Shown: one piece after another, positions 27,310-37,650 of the stretch
Layout of the letters: each line of letters opens with the position of its first letter
How positions within the stretch are numbered: position 1 is the first letter of the stretch
Assembly: GCF_018350175.1 (NCBI RefSeq)
Contig: NC_058368.1
Location: 42,968,001-43,032,000, forward strand
Direction: 5' to 3'
Length of the DNA stretch: 64,000 nt
Origin: Felis catus
Lineage: Eukaryota
The notes under the pieces: generated by a model
Told to the model about the DNA's origin: nothing
The model's input: the letters and a program-made list of their open reading frames with translations, nothing else
Database searches by the model: none
Program-made: the position numbers and the translations under genes

Positions 27310-29200
27310 TCATGGAGTTTAATGATAAACATTTCTGATAACCAGGTACAATATGCTTGGTACATCAGCATTCAGATTGTCAACACATTCCAGAACAGAG
27401 TGGCAAGAAGGTAAATCCAGAGTCATGTTATCAGTTGTTGCTTGGTATGAGTGAATTCAGACCCACTGTTAACACTTTAACATCAGTTTACCCCTAAATT
27501 CTGGATACAGCTATATCATGTATACTTTTTAACATCCTTTTATATCTCTTTTCAACAGTAAATTTTTGATCAGTCAAGTCAATCTTCATGTGAGCTACAT
27601 CAATTGAAGATTGAAGATCAATTTTCTTAAATAATATTCTTCTCTGTGATTTCTCATTGGAATATATCCTTTTTTACTCAGTGTCTTTCAAACAACCAAC
27701 ATATCTTTTATTATACCAAACACCAGTAGATGTGCTATTAAACTAATGTTTTGTACACCAAATATATAGTCACAATATATCAAGGGTGTCTTCCAATAAG
27801 ATAAGTGATTATTAAAAAGTTCATTGAATTTGGTTGGGGCCTATCAAGCCTGTGCTCCCAGTCATAACCCACTTAAAAACAATCAGCTCTGACAAATATT
27901 ATATTTTAAGTATCATTGTGTACAATGATTCATCTACTTCCCATTGAGATGACATACCACAGATTATATTTTGCCTTGTTCCTACCAATTGTGTTACCAG
28001 GAAGCCTTTCCTAGTCAATGCTTCTCGGACATTCTTCACAACTTGTTCTGTTGATATTTTTTCTATGAGTGAGTTCCTCTAGCCTGGACTTCCCTGATAC
28101 CCAGGAATTCTCCTCACAACATATTTGACTCCATGGTCATCTACATAAGATACCCATTCTAAACAAGGGATCACACCTTCTCCCAAAATGTCACTCAGGA
28201 AAATCGCCCAATTATTTTAGGGATATTTGTGCTCCACATACCTGTTGTTCATCATCTTTCTAAGTCTTGCCAAATTTGGCTAGTTTCTTGCCAAAGTAAT
28301 CCCTCTAAAATTTCTACCTGGGAAAGTATACACTTTTCAACATGTGGCATGCTTCCAAAAATGCTATTTCTGCTTGGCTCAAAACACTTTGTTATATATT
28401 AAAAGTTCCTGAATCCCTTCAAGATCATTGTGGTCAGTGTTGACTTCACCACTACACTTGCATTGCCACTATTAAGCATGAGTATGGTCTAGAGAAACTA
28501 TTTACATACCCCACGTCATATTGAGGTTATTAGTAAATCATTAATCACATATATTCTTTGCCAGAATCTACTCAATCTATGTGTACTGTAAGAAATTCCT
28601 AAAGGGAATTTGCTTGGGGCTCTAGAAGAGAACATCAATGAGTATGGATCTACACCTTCTCTATAATATTAACCCCCTCATTATGATCAACCTCTTTTCA
28701 GTTCCTATTCTTGATCTCATTACATTCACATTTACTATATTCAGAACAGCAGAGAAGGCTCTGGCATACCAAATAAGCTACAGCAATATAACATTCCTCA
28801 TATCTTGGCAACAACTTTAACAGTGTGTCAGTCTGGTTTGTGGTTATTTAATGCACAGGTGATCAAATATTGTACAATCATAGATCTGTCCAGTGTAAAT
28901 ATAATACTTCTTTCAGCATAAAAACTTGATTAGTGAACACTGCCTATAAACCTTTAACTAAAAGAAGGTTCCAAATGACAAAGATGCAGTAGGGTCATCA
29001 GTGAGTGATGCATCATACTTTTTCCCCTCTGAATTACACAAGAAGAATTTTTTGGCAAAATTCCTAATTCGTCTTTAGTGCAGTGACTTTTTTTCTGGAG
29101 AAAACTGCTGGTGGTCTTCCCCAAGGACCCCAAACTAACTTTTGTCATTTTCTTGCCTGGAGACACTCTTGAGGGAACAAAGCATTAGCAATTTTCCTGA
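27310..29200 (-). pseudogene. env: Envelope-like ORF remnant of the class III ERV
   Basis: RRCR|SILIDVLF furin-type site (28660-28649); EILEGLLWQETSQIWQDLER**T (28320-28246); WEVDES/CTQ*YLKYNICQS (27943-27886); KRYVGC; terminal hydrophobic LIT*LWIYLLATLFWNVLTI*MLMY (~27437-27355) then a short tail and stop. Confidence 0.65.
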
Positions 29201-29299
29201 CATTATCACTCACTTCCTAGTTCCTTTATTTAAGTTACTGTTTACCTGTTTTTCATTATCCCCAAATTTTACCTACTTTCTACTTGGATTGGGTTGAAG

Positions 29300-29540
29300 G
29301 GCTCAGGCACAATCCACAACCATAAAGTTGGGAAAAGCTGTCTTTTCTTTCATCCATTCTCATTCTTGGATTTGTGAGCCACAGATAACCTACATACCAA
29401 AAAAAAGTCAGAGCTGCCAACATAAGGCCTATTTAACCCAACAATTCTTTTGAAATAAGTGCTACAAGAGTCTTAGAGTTAATGTCATGTGCCAAAATGT
29501 CTCTCTTAATAGGAGCCAACAAACTGAATCAAGGCCTTGG
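29300..29540 (-). pseudogene. Possible degenerate dUTPase-like segment after integrase
   Basis: VPRP*FSLLAPIKRDILAHD..LISKELLG*I..LWLTNP..EWMKEK.. at the position where ERV-L carries dUTPase; similarity is weak. Confidence 0.35.
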
Positions 29541-30809
29541 TACCAAGGGATACTATATTACAATAGAAAAAAAAATGTCAAGTGGAAAAGACAAAGATTT
29601 GTATTATGACATCATCTGCTACATATGCACTCCCCATTTCTGCACCCAAAAATATTCCTTTTATATCCTCCCTATTTAAGCATTAAAACCAGTCATCTGC
29701 ATGCAGATAAGTTCTTTGTTCCGTGTTCCATTTTTTAGCAAATGTTTTCATTGACCCTTTCAATTTCTTTTCAAAGCACCACTCTGAAGGTGAGAATGAA
29801 AGAAATATCTCCAAATAATATGGTGCTTTTAGCAGATCAGTACATCACAGTCATTGTGAAGTAGGTCCCTTAAGAGGAGAAAATATATATGGGTGCTTCA
29901 AATTGAAATGATTCAAATTGTTCCTATATTTCTGTAACATTTTGACCATTGTTCCAGTATAGACATTTACAACAACAATAACAAAAAAAGTGGAGAATGT
30001 ACTAATGCCTATCAGAACCCTTATAAATCCTCCAGAAGCTTTAAGTAATGGTTCAAAATGATCTCCCTGATAATAATCAGCTGGACTCTCCCTGTGGAAT
30101 TCATTCCATGGCAAGTTAAAAAAAGAAAAAAAAAAGATCTTTTCTTATCATCATTCTGAAGAGCCATAGGCAACTATTGGTACCTCAACTGAGAACAAAG
30201 AAATATATCTTCATTCAGACGAACTGCCCCTATGGAAACTCATCTCTTATACTCAGCTTGCTACTTCAAATAGTTTTTGAAACATCCCATTCTTGTTCCT
30301 TTAGAATTTTCTGCTAGGATTTTTAGGGAGCATTCCACATCTACTACCTTTTCTTCCTTTCTTGGGATTCCAGAAGTCCTTCCAAAATTAGAGATCTCTG
30401 CAAGTTGGTATTTTTAAGTATCCAGTTGTCTATGACTCACTTAATCAAACACATAGGCAGGCTATCACCTCTGCCCTAGAATTTGTTAAAATCCACACAT
30501 ATTTCCTGAGAATAAACTCCCAGATTTTGTACAAAAAGCTGAACATACTACTCCAAGTAATTTAACCTACTGTACCAATTTGCCCTTTCCTACTTTTCCA
30601 AGAATATTTTTCCTCCACCAGCTGAATTGCTGAAATTCCTTTTTCTGAGTGTTGTCACAGGTACATCATGCTGCTTGCATTGTTTTATCAAAAAGAAACA
30701 TAGAGGTAGGTCATTCAGCAATGGCATATGGAGAAAGAAGGTCCTAGGGTTGGTTAATTGTCATGCAAATGGTAGCCATATTATGTGATGATTCTCCTGA
30801 GGCATCAGC

Positions 30810-30887
30810 TACAGGATTCTGTATATATACAGGATACTGTATATATACAGGATTAATATATATATTAATATATCTATACAGCACTTA

Positions 30888-30928
<41 letters not shown>
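30810..30928. repeat. Compound acaggat-tatatat minisatellite plus (CA)n inside ERV pol
   Basis: acaggattctgtatatat / acaggatactgtatatat / acaggatt.. then about 20 CA units at 30889-30928. Confidence 0.9.
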
Positions 30929-30931
<3 letters not shown>

Positions 30932-32188
30932 TTTCACTTGATAAATGAACTTTCTTTGGAAACTTCCAATGAGAGTCTCAATTGTCTTCATCATAGGCTC
31001 AGAGTTTCCCTTTGGTCTTCTGACACACTTTCTCTGAATTATTCTAACCTTTTTCCCAGCCACAAATCCCATGCAAGATAATTAAGAAAGTAAATTCATT
31101 ATTTTTATCCTGTTTGCCTTTAGTTGCTGGGTGCTGTCTCTACTAGAGCCCAATACCACGTGAATAGTTTTTGGTGAAAGAGGAATGAGTAGCAGTCTAT
31201 TATCATCGTAGCCTATAACAAGGATTTGGGGAAGCATAAACTGACTTCTGTCACAAAGTTCATCGAGCATGATGGCAAGTTGGTAAAATGTCTAACGTCA
31301 TATATTCATTTGGTTCTTATGGTCCCAGTGGCCTAGCACAAGTGCTGTGCTACAGCACTTTCTGTATCCCACAATATGAAACTCTGTTCAGATGTCCACT
31401 TGAATTGTCTTTTTCCTAGCCCACTTAGCTCTTCTTTCACTTTGCTTATTTTAAATAGGCAATAAAATTCCCAAAATTAGGAGGGTGTATAATTAAGAAT
31501 TAAATATATTCATTAAATGCTGGACTGTCTTATTAGTAGTCAAATTCTTCAGAAACAGTAATTTGTTCCTATTTTTGTAAAGCTCTCTTGAGGCACCAAA
31601 TGTATTTCAAAATTTTATTGTCTTAGCCTGCTTCTGAAATTTTGAAAACTATTAACCATTCTCTATAAAACTTATGTGTAACTTTTGTTATCAAGGGGTT
31701 TTTTTTTTGCTTCTTTTCCTCATTCTGTTACTATTATAATGCCAACAACCCAATAATTCAGTCTTTTCTTCACCAATATCATGCTCAAATCTGTCTTCAC
31801 AGAAGTATAATAGTACATGATAAAAGTATAATAGTACATGACAATACCTTTGACAATGTGGTAAAAATGTGTTCAATTTCTACCTATGTAAAGGCAAATG
31901 TGAGTTTTATTTTCTTCTGTTGAAAGTATGAAAATAAAGCATCAACACAATCAATCACAGTATATCAGTCTCCATTAGCTTGTTGTATCTTTTGGATAGT
32001 TTATATCAGATACTCCTATCAACTGCATTGCATTATTCATTCTTTGTTAGTCTACATCAGTCTTCACAATCCTTCTTCCTTTCTCATTCATCAAACTCAA
32101 ATTGCTATAGGGTACATTGATATTATTACCCTCACTTCTACCATTTCTTATGTCAAAGTTGAAATTTTTTGTTGCCCTTGGGAATTCT

Positions 32189-32408
32189 TTTTTTTTTTTA
32201 ATTTTTTAATGTTTATTTATTTTTGAGAGAGAGAGACAGAGTACGAGCAGGGAAGGGGGAGAGAGAGAGGGAGACACAGAGTCTGAAGCAGGCTCCAGGC
32301 TCTGAGCTGTTAGCACAGAGCCTGACACAAGGCTCAAACTCACAAACCGTGAGATCATCACCTGAGCTGAAGTCCGATACTCAACTGACTGAACCACCCA
32401 GGTGCCCC
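32189..32408 (-). mobile_element. Can-SINE (SINEC_Fc-like) inserted in ERV RT
   Basis: Perfect 16-bp TSD tgcccttgggaattct at 32173-32188 and 32409-32424. Confidence 0.96.
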
Positions 32409-32869
32409 TGCCCTTGGGAATTCTATATTGCCTAATATTTATTGACAAATAAGCCTAGGATGGTTCATTTTACATGTCCAATTTATTCTGAATGAGGATA
32501 GGCTTGCCTGAAATTTCACCTAAAGGAGATAACAGCAATGTTTGCCACTTAGATCACACTTATTGTGAAACATGAATTTAGGTAAATACCTTTCAGCTTC
32601 CAGGATTTTGATCTGCAATTGTATTTCACTCATGAATAACTTCATTCATTGAGTACTTTTCAAGAAAGCATTTTCATAACCATCCAATCCTACCAAAGTC
32701 CCTGTAGGGTCTCCTCACTGCCATAGGTAGGGATGCTGGTAAATTAGTTACCTTTATCCAACAAGCCAAAGAGGAAATGCTCCACGTGCCCTGGTATTCA
32801 ACCTAAAAATTTAACATAGCCTTAAGATTATGCTGGGGGAAGCAGTAACAAGTTCCTGGAGTAAGTCAG

Positions 32870-34330
32870 ACTTCACAGATGAGATTAATTTTGCACCATG
32901 TTTCAGCCCTCTTACTTAGTTCTTTTTTTCTTTTTTCCTATTTTAAAGTCATCCAGGTAAGGATAGATTGAATATAACAAGATCCTTTAAGAGAGATGAC
33001 TTTTAAGGTAGATGCTTTGTGGGTATTTTTTTTTTCCATTTTAATTCTCTCCTTTTAAAAAACATGGCAGCACAACTCTACTTGACTTAATATGCCTTCT
33101 TTTTTCAACCATTATCCTTAGGCTTCATTTCCCATTCTCCTTTTTTTGCCCTTTTAAAAATTGCTCTAACCTTTTACACATTCTCAAACTTTACAGAAAA
33201 TATTGAGAAATTAATCCTTTACTATATTGTAATGCTCTTTTGTCCCCTAAATAGAAAGATTGGAGTTTTCTGAATTATTACACCAACATTGTTTGGGGAA
33301 GGAGCATGTCAACAGGGACAACTCTATTTTGATTACTGTATAACTGATCCAATAAAGTTGCCACTATAAGCATTTTATTGTTCAATAGAAATGTTCCATT
33401 TTAACATGGAAGAGGAGACAAGGACAATTCTTTTTTGTGAGTACTTGCTTGATTGCCTTTTACCATTTTGAAGAAGATATATCTGTCACATATTGGTCAT
33501 TAATGGGATGAATGACAAAACCACAACTAATTTTAGGAGATACCCACTCCAAGTAGATGTCTTCATTCTGTAATGTCCAAGCATCAAATTATTAGATTAA
33601 ATTCAATTATCTTCCAATCTTCAAAAGATTACTGGAACATCAACATGAATCATTACTTTTTTCCCCAAATACTGATCTTAAAATTTTTATTGCTATTCTC
33701 TAGTTAATAGTTTAATTTTTGCCAATATAGTCACTGTATCTTTGGGCAGGGGTGGCCATTTTCACTGTTTGCCTCTTTTTTTCCTATTCATTTGTAGTCA
33801 AGTATGTCATATAATTTCCTTGGCAAAATTTTTACCATCCCAGATCACAGATGGACAGGTCACCGCCCAGGGACAAAGTTTTATCATTCCTTTCTTCCCA
33901 TGTTGCCTCTTACCTCATAAATATTTTGCTATATTGAAGAGGGGTCTTTGTGTCAATTCCATGTTTTCCTCTAATCTGCCTGTGACACAGCCATTGATTC
34001 AATTTCAGTTGATACTAAGTTTAGAATCCATGAAAATTCACAAGAAATTTTTGCTTCCATTTGAATGACATGCAATAGGCAATACAGCACTCTGACCTGC
34101 AGTTGCTTTGGGAGGTGAGGCTCCATCTCAAGCAGAACTTGCAGGTGTCTTCACTGTATAGGTGCACTTTTCTAAAAAGACAGGGTCGAAGACAGTTCTT
34201 TTCATTTCAATTAATTAAATCTATCCCTGCCATTTCTTTCCTATTTATTATACTCTGCATGTCACAGAGCCCATCAAGGAGTATGCATAAAGGCATATGC
34301 CTCCCATCACAGCTGCAGTTCACCAGTCAG
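32870..34330 (-). pseudogene. gag: ERV gag remnant (class III type; no zinc knuckle seen)
   Basis: Lies upstream of the protease; degraded RLEDN..I*CLDITE*RHL and C-terminal LSQVELCCHVF..KIPTKHL..SIYPYLDDFK resemble ERV-L Gag as recalled; many stops and frameshifts. Confidence 0.55.
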
Positions 34331-34359
34331 CAGATCACAATAAAGAATTCTGACAGCTA

Positions 34360-34785
34360 GGGGCGCCTAGCTGAGTCTTTTTATTTAAAAACAATTTTTT
34401 TAACATTTACTTATATTTGAGAGAGAGAGACAGAGCATGAGCAGGAAAGGGGCAGAAAGAAAGGGAGACACAGCATCTGAAGCAGGCTCCAGGCTCTGAG
34501 CTGTCAGCACAGGGCCCAACATGGGGCTTGAACTCACGAGCGATGAGATCATGACCTGAGATGAAGTCGGATGCTTAACCGACTGGGCCACCCAAGCAGC
34601 CCAAGCATCTGACTCTTGATTTTGGCTCAGGTAATGATCTCATTGTTTATGAGTTTGAGCCCCGCGATGGGCTCTGCCCTGACAGTGCAGGGCTGCTTAG
34701 AATTCCCTCTCTCCTCCCCTCTCTTGTTTGTGCTCTCTCTCTCTCTCTCAAAATAAATAAACATTTAAAAATATTTAAAAAAATT
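34360..34785 (+). mobile_element. Can-SINE (outer copy, split by a nested SINE)
   Basis: ggggcgcctagctgagtc head at 34360, resumes aagcatctgactcttgattttggctcagg at 34603, tail to about 34785; TSD-like ..agctag on both sides. Confidence 0.85.
34378..34602 (-). mobile_element. Can-SINE nested in opposite orientation
   Basis: Full reverse SINE body between the head and the remainder of the outer SINE. Confidence 0.9.
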
Positions 34786-35077
34786 GGTAGCTAGATGCAA
34801 CTGCCCAGCTTGGTAAAACACAGATAACATATCACTCCACATTCATTTCTGGAGGCAGTAGTCCTGGGTCATATTTCCAGGAGTTTCTGAGTCTAGGATA
34901 ATAGTTTAAAGCAGCTATTTTTTTTTACCTGCATATGTATCTGAATACATCATCATTATGATTATCAGCCTATAGACATATCTTGTCAAAGATATTTTGC
35001 AGTTGTGGAGTTCCGAAATAGATTCGATATATAAGATGTATCTGATTAGCAAAATCACAGAAGACTTCATAAAATTT

Positions 35078-35506
35078 TAGGATAAATTTCCTGTATTGCA
35101 AGCCCACTGCAAAACTTAGTAGCTCTAAACAAACACCATTTCTTTGCTCACTTTTCTATCAGTAGACAGTTTGGTGAGCTGGGGTCAAGCTGGGCTCGGT
35201 TCTTTTGCTCATCTTGCCCATGTTAACTCATGCAGTGACAGTTGTCTGGGACTGGATGATCCCACACAGATGATCTCAATTATATGTCTGGAGCTTTTGC
35301 TGGGTGTCTGGATATTCTTCATCTGTGTGATGTCTCTGTTTACATGATTTCTCATCTTCAAGGAAGCTAAACTGTATTTACTTGCAAAATGAAGGTTCCA
35401 GGGTCCTCAGAGGATGCATTATACCAGTAAAAGAAAGCTGCTGGATCATCCAAGATTCAAAAGGAAAGATGGCTGATCTCACATCTTGTGGGAGGAAAAG
35501 AAAGAA

Positions 35507-35558
<52 letters not shown>

Positions 35559-35615
35559 AGGAAAGGAAGAAAGAAGGAAAGGAAGAAAGAGGGAGAGATA
35601 TTTTAATCCACCACA
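35078..35615 (-). mobile_element. MaLR LTR, MLT1H/G-like, containing a (GAAA)n expansion
   Basis: caaaacttagtagctctaaacaaacaccatttctttgctcac...aagctgggctcggttctt...actcatgcagtgacagtt...ttttaatccaccaca (reverse of a tgtggtggatt LTR start). Confidence 0.72.
35497..35592. repeat. (GAAA)n/(GGAA)n microsatellite
   Basis: Seen directly. Confidence 0.95.
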
Positions 35616-35659
35616 ATCCCTTTAATCAGCACATTGTATTTTTAACAAAGCAGAATCAC

Positions 35660-36000
35660 ATTATGCAATGGAGGATAGTATAGTGGTTAAAAGTGAAGAT
35701 ACTGGTGCTTGGCAATTAGTGAGAATAACAGTATGAAAGGCCATAGAGCATGGCGGTTTAGATTGCAGACTTTGGAACCAATCTACCTAGGTTTGATTCT
35801 TGGTTTCTTCACCTAATATTTGTGTGCCTTGGTTAGGTTACTTAACAATCTGTATTTTGGTTTTTTCTTTGCACAATACAAATGATAATTATTAGTAACA
35901 CATGTGTCATAGGGTTATGTGAGAATCAAATGAGCTAATGTATAATATATGAAGTGCTTGATCTAGTTCCTGAAGCATTTTAAGAACTGAATAAATGTTA
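35660..36000 (+). mobile_element. MIR-like SINE relic
   Basis: agcatggcggtttagattgcagactttggaacc..acctaggtttgattcttgg..tgtgtgccttggttaggttacttaac..catagggttatgtgagaatcaaatgagctaatg. Confidence 0.7.
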
Positions 36001-36299
36001 TGAATCTTTTGTTACTTAATTTACATTGTGCATTGGTTATTATGTTGTTATTTCTTTTAAAAATTTTATAAATGATTATTGACTTGTGGTCAATTATAAC
36101 TCACAGGATTTTTTTCCACATGCGCCACAGTTAATTTCAAATAGACTATTCTTCAAATAGTATTTGAAACTTAAAGCCAGCGTACTGTTTTAATCGATAA
36201 ATTATGGTTTTATACATTCATTTTGGTTTACAAATATGTTTTTCATTTTAATTGTTTTACTATTGGAAATTTCTCCAGTAACTTTTCCATTATAGCTAT

Positions 36300-37650
36300 T
36301 GTGACATTCTGAAGTATGTGATAAAATATATATACAGTTTTTGTCTGAAGAAATCTAAACACTACCAAGGATTTTTTATTTTTCCTTTTTTCTGTGTCCT
36401 ATTGGATTAAAAATTAATCCTTTTCTCCTTTCATTTTTACAAAGCTGGAAAACTATACACTCCATTATATACTTTTACTAACTTTTCCTACCTCTTAAAC
36501 ATACTTTATTTTTTAATGTTTTTCTACTTCATTCATGTTAAAGAGGCTGACATGTTATAAAATTTGTCAAATATTCCCATTCCGTCCTTTAAGTTTTGTC
36601 CTACTAAATTGTATTTCTACTTTGTTTCAAAACAAACAAAAATAATTTATTTTATAAGCCTTATACTTATGCTTTATACTTTTTGTATACTTAATCTAAT
36701 TTATTGAAATGTTTTATTTATGTTTTGCCCACTATTATTTTTTGCTCCTCACTTTTTAGTGTGTTTGCATCTTTTCTTGCCCAACTATCTCATTTAGTAA
36801 ATTTTCAACAAATGTCTGGAGTTATAAACTCTATTGGTGAAAATGTTTTGTTTCCTTTCTCGATATTAATTTAGCTAGATATAGAGGCAAATACTGTGAT
36901 TTATTTTCTTTCACTATCCTAACTATTCTATGTATTGTTCTGATAGGATGTCCTACTTCAGATAACAGATTTCTAATTCAGGTAGTATTTGAGTATTTTC
37001 CCATTTTCCTTGAGATTTTATTTTCTAATTTATTTTTCCTAAGCATGCTTTTTATCCTTATGTTTGTTTGTCTCATACAGCAGTGGCATATATTTTCATT
37101 CTAATGCATTTTTTGTTGTTGTTAATTACAGAAAATTTGAGACATTGTTTATTTGAATTCGGATGTTCTCCCAACTGTTCTATTCTCTTTTACTGGAAAT
37201 TCCATGATATATAACTCATAATTACTCCATCTATCTTTTATGTTTTTCATTTTGTAATGCCTTGGATGATTATCTCAATGATAACTTTTGATTCATTAAT
37301 TCTCTTTCCCTGTTCTCAAACTACTATTTATCCTTTCCTCTTATTTTCATTTCAATTGTTTTCCGTTCTGACAATTTTCTTCTTTTTCTTATTTTCTGAT
37401 CTTGTTTTATGGACACTATTTTCTTCATAGTCACTCTGAGCTTTAAAAGTACACTTATTTTAATATCTTCAGAGCATTCTGGTATTTTTAATTCAACATT
37501 GTGAAATTTACTTATTTTTTGTGTTTTTTTCTGCATGGCTTTGGGTTTCTTTTTGTATGATGTAATTTTGTTCTGCAGGTCCACATTTCACATAAGTTTT
37601 CCTTTCTTTATGTTCATTTTTCTCCACAAATAATTTTACAGTTGTCTCAC
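36300..37650 (-). mobile_element. Very old L1 (L1M-type) fragment
   Basis: T-rich text typical of antisense old L1 ORF1/5' region; weak. Confidence 0.4.

Larger units (their letters stand above)
29650..32830 (-). pseudogene. pol: ERV pro-pol remnant (protease, RT, RNase H, integrase)
   Basis: LLDKG corresponds to LLDTG; *YTVIDCVDALFS corresponds to WYAAIDLANAFFS; YxDD position decayed to WVVG (31752-31741); QFKWTSEQ, PLGP*EP, YWALVET; integrase core in ORF 29851-30114. Interrupted by a SINE (32189-32408) and microsatellites (30810-30928). Confidence 0.9.
27300..34900 (-). mobile_element. Ancient class III (ERV-L-related) endogenous retrovirus internal region, gag-pro-pol-(dut)-env-like, heavily decayed
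   Basis: Manual minus-strand translation gives motifs in retroviral order: gag RLEDN..CLDITE*RHL (~33640-33545); protease FGLLDKGN*FTSIP (32770-32729); RT RQYRIPKG and ANGD*YTVIDCVDALFS..FAFT (31979-31880); FHQKLFTWYWALVETAP (31179-31129); RNase H KYVWILTNS (30504-30478); integrase PADYYQGDHFEPL..VLIGISTFS and SS*GTYFT. Ends are approximate. Confidence 0.88.

Noticed and set aside
29650..32830. Endogenous foamy virus assignment
   Set aside because: The pol motifs (QYRIP, YWALVET, LLDxG context) fit ERV-L-like class III better than spumavirus, and no room for accessory ORFs was evident after the env-like region.
27300..34330. Initial idea that this was a large single-exon host pseudogene or a non-retroviral endogenous viral element
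   Set aside because: Ordered protease, RT, RNase H and integrase motifs identify a retrovirus.
35382..35683. Lys/Glu/Arg-rich ORFs (also 55605-56032, 59911-60270)
   Set aside because: Translations of GAAA/CCTT microsatellites and SINE GA tracts.
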